From assembly GCA_046160305.1 (NCBI GenBank), contig JBJXGX010000160.1, forward strand, positions 4,219 to 68,218: DNA of 64,000 bases. Reading direction: 5' to 3'. Every line of letters starts with the position of its first letter. Position 1 is the first letter of the stretch. A program made the translations under genes and the position numbers. This document shows positions 9,052-17,851 of the stretch, one piece after another. The notes under the pieces were generated by a model. That model saw only the letters and a program-made list of their open reading frames with translations, ran no database searches and was not told where the DNA came from. Source of the DNA: Burkholderiales bacterium (GTDB taxonomy: Bacteria; Pseudomonadota; Gammaproteobacteria; Burkholderiales; SG8-39).

Positions 9052-10143
9052 ATGAACGTACACGCATCACGCTGCGCGTTTGCCGCTGCCGCCCTCATCG
9101 CGGCGGCAGCCTCCGCCCCGACCGTTCTTGCGCAGGGCGCCGCGGCGGATATTCCGTCGATCACCCTGAAGGTCGCGGACTCGTTCCCGCCGGTAGGCTT
9201 CGTCCCGGAAATGAAGAAGATCTGGGCCGACAACATCACCAAGAGAACCGACGGCAAGGTGAAGTTCCAGTTCTTCTGGTCGGAGTCGCTTTTCAAACAA
9301 ACCGACGGCGCGCCGAATCTCGCCGCCGGCGTCGCCGATATTTCGAATGTCTCCTCGACCTACGATCCGGCCAAGACAGCGCTTTGGATGACGCTCGATA
9401 TGCCGTTCAATGCGCGCGACTACTGGTGCGGGATCAGCGCCTCGGTCAAGACCCAGCAGGACGAGCCGAATCTGCGCAAGACGTTCGATCAGCTCGGCTT
9501 CCTGCCGATGACCGGTTACGCGAGCGGGCATTTTCACTTCCTCTCGAACAAACCGATCGAGAAGCTCGCCGATCTCCAGAAGAAGCGCATTCGCAGCTAC
9601 GGTGGCGCACGCATCAAGATGTACGAACCGCTTGGCATCTCGCCCATCTTCATGCCGTATGGGCAGATCTACGAAGCGGTCGAGCGCGGCGTGGTCGATG
9701 GCGCCGAAGGCACCATCCTGCTCACCGACTCGTTCAAGCACTATGAGATCGCGAAGTTCATGACCGTGACCAATTCAGGGATGGCGCTTGCCGCGCCGCT
9801 TTCCATCAGTCTCAAGCGCTGGAACAGCTTTCCCGACAGTCTGAAGAAAATATTCATCGAGGCCGGCAACGAACATGACCAGCTTTTTGCCCGGCGCATG
9901 ATTGAGCAGGAAGAGATCAAAGTGAAAGAGTTCCAGGAAAAGCGCGGCATGCGGTACATCAGGCTTTCGCCGGCCGATCAGGCGACCCTGGAAAAGGCCG
10001 GCAAGGACGCGCAGGACCAATGGCTCGCCGATATGGACAAGAAGAACGTTCCGGCACGCGCGACCTGGGCCATGTTCCAGAATCTGCAAAACGCGTGTGA
10101 GAAGGAAATCAAGGCGAACGGTTATCCGTGGCAGAAGAAGTAG
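9052..10143 (+). CDS. TRAP transporter substrate-binding protein (DctP type), copy 2
   Basis: 363 aa. Colinear with copy 1 over its full length, with long identical blocks such as DIPSITLKVAD and YDPAKTALWMTLDMPFNARDYWCGISASVKT. Confidence 0.9.
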   Translation: MNVHASRCAFAAAALIAAAASAPTVLAQGAAADIPSITLKVADSFPPVGFVPEMKKIWADNITKRTDGKVKFQFFWSESLFKQTDGAPNLAAGVADISNVSSTYDPAKTALWMTLDMPFNARDYWCGISASVKTQQDEPNLRKTFDQLGFLPMTGYASGHFHFLSNKPIEKLADLQKKRIRSYGGARIKMYEPLGISPIFMPYGQIYEAVERGVVDGAEGTILLTDSFKHYEIAKFMTVTNSGMALAAPLSISLKRWNSFPDSLKKIFIEAGNEHDQLFARRMIEQEEIKVKEFQEKRGMRYIRLSPADQATLEKAGKDAQDQWLADMDKKNVPARATWAMFQNLQNACEKEIKANGYPWQKK

Positions 10144-10706
10144 CTCGCACCGAATCGGTCGATGTCCAAAGGGGGGCGGCATTGAAGCAAGGTAAGCGCG
10201 CGCTCGATGCATTCGCCGAGTGGATGGCGCTCGCCGGCGGTTTCATCGTGTTTCTGCTGATGCTGATGGTCGCCGCCGACGCCATCGGGAGAAAGCTCTA
10301 TAGCGCGCTCCCGGGCGGGCTGGAGTTCAGCGAGGCACTGATGGTTCCGGCGGTGTTCCTGCCGCTGATGTTCGTTCAAATGAAGCGCGAGCATGTTTTC
10401 GTCGGTGTCGTCACCATGCGTCTGTCGGTGCGGACGCAGTCATTCATTGACGCGGTGGCGGCGCTTATCGGCATCGTGCTGTTCGGTTTTCTCACGTGGC
10501 TCGCGATCGAAAAAGCGATTCAATCGACGGTCGTCTGGGAATATCGGATCGCCATTATTTCCGTGCCGATCTGGCCATTTCGATGGGTGATTCCATTTGG
10601 CACAGGATTGCTGGTCTTGCAGTTGGCGTTGACCGCCATGGAGGAGTTTGGCCGGGCGTTTGGGCCGGATGAGCCGCGGCCACGGGAAGAGGCAGCGCCG
10701 ATTTAA
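10128..10706 (+). CDS. TRAP transporter small permease (DctQ type)
   Basis: 192 aa with four hydrophobic segments. The GTG start at 10128 overlaps the receptor gene end. The start is uncertain. Confidence 0.8.
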   Translation: MAEEVARTESVDVQRGAALKQGKRALDAFAEWMALAGGFIVFLLMLMVAADAIGRKLYSALPGGLEFSEALMVPAVFLPLMFVQMKREHVFVGVVTMRLSVRTQSFIDAVAALIGIVLFGFLTWLAIEKAIQSTVVWEYRIAIISVPIWPFRWVIPFGTGLLVLQLALTAMEEFGRAFGPDEPRPREEAAPI

Positions 10707-10806
10707 AAATACGGATGGGTCGATCCAGTGACCAGTGATCTGTTCGCTGGGTCGCGCCAGTCCACATTGCATTCGCTAATCAAGCAGAAAGGTGGCCTAA
10801 GGGGCC

Positions 10807-12123
10807 ATGGAAAACTACCACATCGGTCTCCTTGGGTTCATCGTCTTGCTGGTTTTGATCGGCTTGCGTATCCCGATTGCCTTCACGCTCACCTTGGTGG
10901 GGTTGGCCGGCCTCCTTCTTCTGAGCGGTTCGGACGCGACATTCGCGATGCTGTCCTCGGGCATGTATTCGTCGGTCGCCAATAACACGCTCACCGCGGT
11001 TCCGCTGTTTCTTTTGATGGGTTATTTCGCGTATCACGCCGGCCTGACCCGGGCGTGTTTCGACACCGCGCGCCTGTGGCTCGCGCGGCTGCCGGGCGGC
11101 TTGGCGATCGCAACGGTGGCAGGTTGCGCGATGTTCGGTGCCTGTGCGGGGTCGGGCGTTGCCGCGGCCGGTGCCATGGGGCGAGTGTCGATCCCCGAGA
11201 TGCTCCGTTACGGGTACGACCGCAGGCTCGCATGCGGATCGGTGGCCGCCGCGGCGACCTTGGCCGTGCTCATTCCGCCTAGCATCGTGATGGTCGTATA
11301 CGCCATCCTGACCGAGGTGTCGATCGGTCGCCTGCTGATGGCGGGCTACCTGCCGGGAATTTTGTCGGCGGCGATCCTGATGGGCATGATCTGGTATCGC
11401 GTCAAGCGTAATCCAGCGCTCGCGCCTGATGTCCCATTCGAGATTACCTGGGCGCAGCGATTCGCTTCACTCAAGGATATCTGGGGAATAACACTCCTCA
11501 TCATGTTGGTGCTGGGCGGCATTTATTCCGGCTTCGTTACTGCGACCGAGGCCGCGGCCATTGGCGCCTTGGGTGCGTTCATCCTGATGATCTTCGCAAA
11601 GCAGCTCAGCCGTGCGACGTTCAAAGATTCGATGCTCGAAACCGCACGCACAACCGGCATGATTTTTCTGTTGCTGGTGGGCGCATCGATCTTCTCCGGT
11701 TTCATGGCGATCAGCGGTGTGCCGCAGAAGCTGGCCGAAGTCATCGTCGAGGCGAAACTCTCGGTCGGCATGGTTCTGCTGATCGTCTGTGTCGTCTATA
11801 TTTTTCTCGGCTGCTTTCTCGACTCGATTTCGATGATGTTATTGACGCTTCCGGTGCTGCTGCCGGTGCTGAAGAGCCTCGACATCAATCTCATCTGGTT
11901 CGGCATCATCGTCGTGAAGCTGGTCGAGATCGGGTGTATCACACCGCCGTTCGGCATCACCGTCTATGTCGTGAAAGGGGTGGTCGGCAACACGGTTCCA
12001 CTGGAGGAAGTATTCAGTGGAATCTGGTGGTTCCTCGCGATGGAGATCCTCACCTTGCTGATTCTCATCTTCTTCCCGGTGATCTCGACGATCCTGCCCG
12101 ACACGATGCTCGGCAAGGGCTAG
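10807..12123 (+). CDS. TRAP transporter large permease (DctM type)
   Basis: 438 aa and polytopic, with typical DctM length and composition. Confidence 0.9.
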   Translation: MENYHIGLLGFIVLLVLIGLRIPIAFTLTLVGLAGLLLLSGSDATFAMLSSGMYSSVANNTLTAVPLFLLMGYFAYHAGLTRACFDTARLWLARLPGGLAIATVAGCAMFGACAGSGVAAAGAMGRVSIPEMLRYGYDRRLACGSVAAAATLAVLIPPSIVMVVYAILTEVSIGRLLMAGYLPGILSAAILMGMIWYRVKRNPALAPDVPFEITWAQRFASLKDIWGITLLIMLVLGGIYSGFVTATEAAAIGALGAFILMIFAKQLSRATFKDSMLETARTTGMIFLLLVGASIFSGFMAISGVPQKLAEVIVEAKLSVGMVLLIVCVVYIFLGCFLDSISMMLLTLPVLLPVLKSLDINLIWFGIIVVKLVEIGCITPPFGITVYVVKGVVGNTVPLEEVFSGIWWFLAMEILTLLILIFFPVISTILPDTMLGKG

Positions 12124-12153
12124 CGTCGCACCCGAGGCGCATGCGCAAAAAAA

Positions 12154-12175
12154 GCGCGGGCTCGAAAGCCCGCGC
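12154..12175. terminator. GC-rich hairpin GCGCGGGCT-CGAA-AGCCCGCGC, possibly a bidirectional terminator
   Basis: 9-bp stem with a 4-nt loop, 30 nt after the dctM stop. An A7 run lies on the plus-strand 5' side, which is a U-run for a minus-strand transcript. No T-run follows on the plus strand. Confidence 0.5.
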
Positions 12176-12494
12176 TGCATCGATGCCCGAATTGAGGAGG
12201 AGGGGGAGGTCTCGGGCATCGGTTGACGAGCGCTCGGGGAGAGCGCCCTCAGGGGAACTGTTGGAACTGTTGGAATCAGGAACGTTCTGTTGGCGTGGCT
12301 CCGTCGTGTTCTGCGGTCGGTCAGGAATTGAATTGCCTTCCTGTTGGAACGAACTGTACGCGGGTCGCCGTGTCGGATAAATGCCAGTCACGCGAATTCA
12401 GTGTTGTGCGGCCCGGAACAATCAGGCATCGGTCGGGGTTGATCCGTCACTGAATGCATATCAGGGCACCCCTACACCGGCCGGCGCCGCAACA

Positions 12495-13397
12495 TTACGA
12501 TGGGGCGCGGGGGAACAGGGTCGCGACGAAGTCCACGAAGGCGCGAACCTTCGCGGACAGGTGTCGATTCTGCGGATAGATGATCGAAATCGGCAGGCGC
12601 TCCCGCGTTGTCCACGCCGCCATGATCGGCTGCAATTGTTGGGCGGCGATCGGACGCGCGACCATCAGATCCAGAAGGTAGACGATACCAAGTCCTGCGA
12701 TGGCTGCGTCGATCAAGGCCTCTCCGCTCGACAGCGCCAGGCGACCATTGGGCGGGCGAACAATCCGCTCCCCTTCGTCCTCGAAAATCCAGTCTTGTAC
12801 GCGACCAATGCCGGCGCGATAGAAACCCAGGCAGCTATGCCCGTCGAGCGCATGCGGCGAGGCGGGTTCACCGAAGCGCTCCAGGTACGAGGGTGATGCC
12901 GCGACCACGAATCTCGATTCGTAGACTTTGCGGGCGATGAACGATGAATCCTCCAGTACGCCGACGCGCAAGGCCACATCCACCCCTTCGGCAATCAGAT
13001 CGAGGCGTTGATCGGTCAAGGTCGCGACGATCTCGACCTCCGGATACTGTGCGGAGAATCTCGGCAAGGCGGGCATCACATATTGCAGGCCGATCGTGAC
13101 CGGCAGATCAATCCGCAGTTTGCCGCGCGCAACGGCCTTGCCGCGGCTGAGCGTCGCTTCGGTTTCGGTGATGTCGGCGATCACCCGCTTGCAGTGTTCG
13201 AGGTAGGCCGCACCATCTTCGGTCAGGTTGAGCTGGCGCGTCGTGCGATTGAGCAGCCGGACGCCGATCCGGTTTTCCAGCGCCGCGATATGCGAAGTGA
13301 CCGTGGCCTTCGAGAGGTTGAGGCGATCGGCGGCCCGCGAGAAGCTGCCAAGCTCCACGACCCATGTGAAGACTTCCATGCTCTGAAGCCGATCCAT
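12495..13397 (-). CDS. LysR family transcriptional regulator
   Basis: The ORF is 12495..13469, but the likely start is the ATG at 13397 (MDRLQSMEVFTWVVELGSFSRAADRL, a helix-turn-helix). The C-terminal half is a LysR substrate-binding domain. Confidence 0.9.
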   Translation of the reverse strand: MDRLQSMEVFTWVVELGSFSRAADRLNLSKATVTSHIAALENRIGVRLLNRTTRQLNLTEDGAAYLEHCKRVIADITETEATLSRGKAVARGKLRIDLPVTIGLQYVMPALPRFSAQYPEVEIVATLTDQRLDLIAEGVDVALRVGVLEDSSFIARKVYESRFVVAASPSYLERFGEPASPHALDGHSCLGFYRAGIGRVQDWIFEDEGERIVRPPNGRLALSSGEALIDAAIAGLGIVYLLDLMVARPIAAQQLQPIMAAWTTRERLPISIIYPQNRHLSAKVRAFVDFVATLFPRAPS

Positions 13398-13629
13398 ATC
13401 CGTCAGGCAGTCGTGCTTTCGGGAAACAACCCGGGACGCACCATTGTTTGAACGAGCAAAACGATGCATTCGATTCTATCGGCTTTTTCCCGCGCCCCGG
13501 AACAGGAACAATCGCTCAGGTCGTTGTGCTATGTCCAGAAAGCATTCCGGATCGAGTCCGCTTGGCATCGGCTCGCGGCTCGGCCCATTTCAAATGCAGG
13601 TGAGACGCGCTTTCGCGCGAGGAGCAGAC

Positions 13630-14490
13630 ATGTTGGTCGTCAGTGCCGGATCCGGTCATGTTGCAAGCGCTGTGATGCAGGGGCTTTCCGAGGTGCCCGG
13701 TCGGAAGCGCCATGTTTCCCTCAAGGGAGGGGCCGGTTGCTTGCCGAGCGGGTTCGAAAACGTCCCGATCGGCAGGGGGCTGCCGGCGGACCGGCAACGC
13801 ATTCTGGAGGGCGTGTCGACGCTCGTGCTGCTGCCGACCTACGATCGGGCCATGGTCGAGGCGCAGGTCGCCTTGATCGCGATGGCCAAGCGTGCCGGGG
13901 TCGATTCGATCTACCTCGTCAGCCTGGAGGGCGCGGAGGTGTCCTCTCCGGTGACGCTGCTCCGCTGGTGCGCGCTGGTGGATCGCGCAGTCGCGGCAAG
14001 CGGCGTCCCCTACGCACGCCTGCGCTGCGCCCCGTTCGTGCAGAACCTGCGCCTCTTTACCGAACGTGAAGGAAACGGCTATGCGCTGGTCGGACCGTTC
14101 CGAGCGGCGGCTTTTCCCTGGGTGGATGCACGTGACGCCGGCGAAGTAATTGCCGCGATGATGCGGGCGGGATTGGGCGAGAACCGGTCCTTTTCGTTCG
14201 CCGGGACCGAGGCGGTCGATTTTGATGCGATCAGTCGAATGCTGGCCGAGGCGAGCGGGCGGCCGGTGCGGTTCCTCGATGCGCTGGTGCCGCAGGCCGT
14301 GGGACACCTCGAGGCGCGGGGTTTGTCGGCAACCCGCATCCGCGTGATCACCGAGTATTGGGATTTTCTAGTGAGCGGAATCATTCAATCCACGCGATGC
14401 GACGCGATATACCGCTATCTGTGTCATCCACCAAGGCGGGTCAGTGCGTTCATAGACGAGTTCGCGCTGCAGTTGCGTGCGGCGGCTTGA
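13630..14490 (+). CDS. NmrA-like / atypical SDR NAD(P)-binding protein
   Basis: The likely start is the ATG at 13630, preceded by GGAG (MLVVSAGSGHVASAV). Transcribed divergently from the LysR gene. Confidence 0.6.
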   Translation: MLVVSAGSGHVASAVMQGLSEVPGRKRHVSLKGGAGCLPSGFENVPIGRGLPADRQRILEGVSTLVLLPTYDRAMVEAQVALIAMAKRAGVDSIYLVSLEGAEVSSPVTLLRWCALVDRAVAASGVPYARLRCAPFVQNLRLFTEREGNGYALVGPFRAAAFPWVDARDAGEVIAAMMRAGLGENRSFSFAGTEAVDFDAISRMLAEASGRPVRFLDALVPQAVGHLEARGLSATRIRVITEYWDFLVSGIIQSTRCDAIYRYLCHPPRRVSAFIDEFALQLRAAA

Positions 14491-14539
14491 ACGCAGACGA
14501 AGTGAAGTGCCATTCGGAACGACTCCCTCAACGTCCGAC

Positions 14540-14569
14540 GGGAATCCAAGGCACGGGAATCCAAGGCAC
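14540..14569. repeat. 15-bp tandem repeat GGGAATCCAAGGCAC x2
   Basis: Two perfect adjacent copies in the intergenic region. They are followed by the small hairpin CTTGGC-GTCT-GCCAAG. Confidence 0.9.
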
Positions 14570-14654
14570 TTGGCGTCTGCCAAGCGTCCGTTTATGCTGC
14601 GGGGTTGAGCGGGCTTGCACTTTCGCGGTCCGTTGGAACGAGGGGAACAAAAAG

Positions 14655-15239
14655 ATGAATCGACGTCACTTTCTTGGTAACGCAGGTGCCCTGGCCGCCG
14701 CGACCCTTGCTACATCCGCTCGCGCTTTCGGCGGTAAAGATGAACCCATGCTGCTTGCCCAGGCCGCCACGCGTACCCCGGACGTGATCTATGTGCCCAC
14801 GCCGCAGGAAGTCGTCGATACCATGTTGTCGCTCGCCAAACCGACGAAGAACGATCTCGTCTATGACCTCGGCTGCGGCGACGGGCGTATTGTCATCACC
14901 GCCGCGAAGCAGTTCGGCGCCCGCGGCATCGGGGTCGACATCGATCCGCAGCGGATCAGCGAAGCCAACGCGAATGTCAAGGCTGAAAACGTCGGCGATC
15001 GCGTGCGGATCATCCAGGGCGACCTGTTCGAGATCGATTTCAAGGATGCCACGATTGTCACGCTGTATCTGCTACCCTCGCTCAACCTCAAGCTGCGGCC
15101 CAAGCTTTGGCGCGAGCTGAAGCCCGGCACAAGGGTCGTATCGCACGATTTCGACATGGGTGATTGGGTCCCGGAGCAGAAGGTGAGCGTTGCCTCGCGC
15201 ACCGTCTACTTCTGGCGGATCACCGGCAAGAACGGCTAG
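14655..15239 (+). CDS. exported class I SAM-dependent methyltransferase (Tat signal)
   Basis: ATG at 14655. MNRRHFLGNAGALAAATLATSARAFG is a twin-arginine signal. SAM motif I is VYDLGCGDGRIVI. Confidence 0.75.
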   Translation: MNRRHFLGNAGALAAATLATSARAFGGKDEPMLLAQAATRTPDVIYVPTPQEVVDTMLSLAKPTKNDLVYDLGCGDGRIVITAAKQFGARGIGVDIDPQRISEANANVKAENVGDRVRIIQGDLFEIDFKDATIVTLYLLPSLNLKLRPKLWRELKPGTRVVSHDFDMGDWVPEQKVSVASRTVYFWRITGKNG

Positions 15240-15282
15240 CAATCCATCAGGCCCCCTAGCCTCCACAAGGTCCCCTCGACAT

Positions 15283-16215
15283 ATGCGCATGAACAAGCCC
15301 CTCTCGGACGGTTGGTCGGCATCGAGAAAGGTGCTGGCCGGGCTCATGGCCGTGTTTGCGCTCGCGTTGGGCTCCGGATGTGCGTATCTCGAGGTCAAGC
15401 AGAAAGAGCTCATTTGGCGGCCGTCTGCGACCACATGGTGGTCGAACTTCGACGTCAAGGCCAATGGCGTTGAAGAGCTTTGGATCGCCCGCGATGGCAG
15501 CCCATCAGCCTCCCCCGAAGGGGCGGCGGACGAGAGCAACGGCGAGCGGCTTCATGCATGGTGGTGGCCGAATACGCGACCCGATGCGCCGGTGATGCTC
15601 TATCTGCACGGTGCGCGCTGGAATCTGCAGGGCAATGCGTTTCGCATCGCGCGCTTTCGCAGCATGGGGTTCTCGGTCCTCGCGATCGACTATCGCGGTT
15701 TTGGCAAGACGGGCGGTGACTTGCCGACCGAAGAGGACGCCTACGCCGATGCCGCCATCGCCTGGGTGCATCTGAAGAAACTCGTACCCGATGCGTCGCG
15801 CCGTTATGTCTATGGCCATTCTCTAGGCGGCGCGGTCGCGATCGATCTTGCTTCGCGCCACGACGATCTGGCGGGAATCATCGTCGAGTCGACCTTCACG
15901 TCGATTCGTGACATGGCCGGCACCTATACGTTACTTCGGTTCCTGCCGATCGGCTTGATCCTGACGCAACGTTACGACTCGCTCGCGCGCATCGAAAAGG
16001 TCCAGGTCCCGAAGCTATTCGTCCATGGCGCGCGCGACACGTTCGTGCCGCCCTGGATGACGGAACGGCTCTATGAGCGTGCCACGGGCGAGAAGCGGCT
16101 GCTGGTCGTGGAAGGCGCGAACCATAGCAACGCAACCGGCGTCGGCTTCGAACAGTACCGCACCGCGCTGCACGAGTTGTTTCGGATCAGCCCGCAGCGC
16201 AGCGCGGGCTTGTAG
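15283..16215 (+). CDS. alpha/beta hydrolase (BEM46-like)
   Basis: Nucleophile elbow GHSLGG and YLHGARWN. There is an N-terminal hydrophobic segment. The start is either ATG 15283 or ATG 15289. Confidence 0.8.
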   Translation: MRMNKPLSDGWSASRKVLAGLMAVFALALGSGCAYLEVKQKELIWRPSATTWWSNFDVKANGVEELWIARDGSPSASPEGAADESNGERLHAWWWPNTRPDAPVMLYLHGARWNLQGNAFRIARFRSMGFSVLAIDYRGFGKTGGDLPTEEDAYADAAIAWVHLKKLVPDASRRYVYGHSLGGAVAIDLASRHDDLAGIIVESTFTSIRDMAGTYTLLRFLPIGLILTQRYDSLARIEKVQVPKLFVHGARDTFVPPWMTERLYERATGEKRLLVVEGANHSNATGVGFEQYRTALHELFRISPQRSAGL

Positions 16216-16234
16216 GTTCTCCCCCCTCTGGCTC

Positions 16235-16391
16235 GCTCAAAAATTGACCACGGAGGAAGCGGAGGGAAGGGAGGAAAAGCGCTGGAAAGTCGCGGATCGC
16301 GTCGTCGCAACTACTGTGCCGAAGCGTCGCCTCACTCCTCCTGCTTTTCCGCCGGCCTTTCCTCCTTTTCCCCCGTGGTCAATTTTTGAGC
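16235..16391. repeat. about 157-bp intergenic palindromic element (REP/MITE-like)
   Basis: The terminal 19-bp perfect inverted repeat is GCTCAAAAATTGACCACGG (16235-16253) paired with CCGTGGTCAATTTTTGAGC (16373-16391). The inner purine-rich and pyrimidine-rich arms are imperfectly complementary. Confidence 0.85.
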
Positions 16392-16472
16392 CAAGCTTGA
16401 GCAAGGATTGAGGAAGGAGCGCAGATCCATCCGCGAATGTTATCCTTCGCGCTCGAATTTTCTGCCATCCCC

Positions 16473-17693
16473 ATGCAGCAACACGCCCCTTCGTCTTCGC
16501 GCGTTTCGGTGGACACCTTGCCCCGCCCCGCGATCCGCGCGCTCGCGAGTTCGCGCATTCGCGAGGTCGCCAATGCGGCGATGGGCGATCCGGATGTGCT
16601 GCCGTTCTGGTTCGGCGAGCCTGATCTCGTGACACCGCAACCGATCCGCGATGCGGCGGTGCGCGCCTTGGCCGAGGGCGATACGTTCTATCACCAGAAC
16701 CTCGGGATTCCCGCCTTGCGGGAGTCGATTGCGTCCTATGTGTCCGGCCTGCATGGCCCGATCGACATTGATCGGATCGCGGTCACGAGCTCCGGTGTAC
16801 ACGGCCTGATGCTGGTGCATCAGGCGCTGGTCGATCCTGGATCGCGCGTGGTGATCGTCACGCCGGTCTGGCCGAATCTCACCGAAGGTCCGCGCATTCT
16901 GGGCGCGGATGTCGTGCGTGTTCCGCTTTCGCCCACGGTGAGCGGCTGGCGGCTTGATCTCGATCGACTGCTCGCGGCGCTCACCTCCGATACCCGCGCG
17001 CTCGTCATCAATTCACCGAACAATCCGACCGGATGGGTGATCGAGGCGGCCGCGCAGCGCACGATCCTCGCGCATTGCCGGCGGCACGGCATCTGGATCG
17101 TCGCGGACGATGTGTACGAGCGTGTGTCATACACGTCGAATGTCGCCTCCTCGTTTCTCGCGATCGCCGATAGCGAGGATCGCGTCATCTCGGTCAACAG
17201 CTTTTCCAAGTCGTGGTTGATGACCGGCTGGCGATTGGGCTGGATCGTCGCGCCCGCGCCCCTGATCGCTGAGCTGCCGAAGCTGATCGAGTACAACACG
17301 TCGTGCGCGCCGGGCTTCGTTCAGCAGGCGGGCATCGAAGCGATCCGCCGGACGGGCGATGTCGTTCCCGCGATGCAAGCGCGCATGCTTGAGGCCCGCG
17401 ATCATCTCTACCGGTTGCTCCAGATGCTGCCCGAAGTCGAAGTCACCGTGCCACCCGGGGCGATGTATCTGTTCTTCCGGGTGAAGGGTGTGCGCGACTC
17501 CCTTGCGCTCGCCAAGCACCTGGTCGCGAACGCGAAGATCGGCCTTGCCCCGGGTATCGCGTTTGGCGCCGAGGGCGAAGGGTTTCTCAGGTGGTGCTTC
17601 GCCGCCTCGACCGAGCGCCTGTCAGAGGGTGTCATGCGCCTTAAGCGCGGCATCCGCACGGTAGACCGCGGGGAAATCAAGTGGGAAAAATGA
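16473..17693 (+). CDS. PLP-dependent aminotransferase, class I/II (aspartate aminotransferase-like)
   Basis: Contains SFSKSW (the PLP lysine) and NSPNNPTG. The likely start is the ATG at 16473. Confidence 0.85.
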   Translation: MQQHAPSSSRVSVDTLPRPAIRALASSRIREVANAAMGDPDVLPFWFGEPDLVTPQPIRDAAVRALAEGDTFYHQNLGIPALRESIASYVSGLHGPIDIDRIAVTSSGVHGLMLVHQALVDPGSRVVIVTPVWPNLTEGPRILGADVVRVPLSPTVSGWRLDLDRLLAALTSDTRALVINSPNNPTGWVIEAAAQRTILAHCRRHGIWIVADDVYERVSYTSNVASSFLAIADSEDRVISVNSFSKSWLMTGWRLGWIVAPAPLIAELPKLIEYNTSCAPGFVQQAGIEAIRRTGDVVPAMQARMLEARDHLYRLLQMLPEVEVTVPPGAMYLFFRVKGVRDSLALAKHLVANAKIGLAPGIAFGAEGEGFLRWCFAASTERLSEGVMRLKRGIRTVDRGEIKWEK

Positions 17694-17819
17694 ACCACCA
17701 AGGCACCAAGGCACCAAGTGGAATCCGCGGATCGTCGGAGGTGTATCGTGTTCCTCTCATGCGGGGCCCGCGCTTGGGACCCCGTGCCTTTCTTGGTGCC
17801 TTGGTGCCTTGGTGGTTCA
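17691..17819. repeat. 129-bp palindromic element with a perfect 28-bp inverted repeat
   Basis: TGAACCACCAAGGCACCAAGGCACCAAG (17691-17718) pairs with its exact reverse complement at 17792-17819. The left arm begins on the aminotransferase stop codon. Confidence 0.9.
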
Positions 17820-17851
17820 ATACTCTTTCGTAACATAACCAACGGATAACC

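Noticed and set aside
9009-9746. 245-aa Arg-rich ORF overlapping TRAP receptor copy 2
   Set aside because: It is out of frame within a well-supported receptor gene. A similar Arg-rich stretch appears in the rejected 6682..8580 ORF where it overlaps copy 1, as expected for an artefact of the duplicated DNA.
12223-12453. 76-aa Cys-rich ORF (GNCWNCWNQE...), considered as a small secreted or RiPP-like peptide
   Set aside because: It has a TTG start with no RBS. The NCWNCWN string is just the translation of the CTGTTGGAA DNA iterations. Nothing else supports coding.
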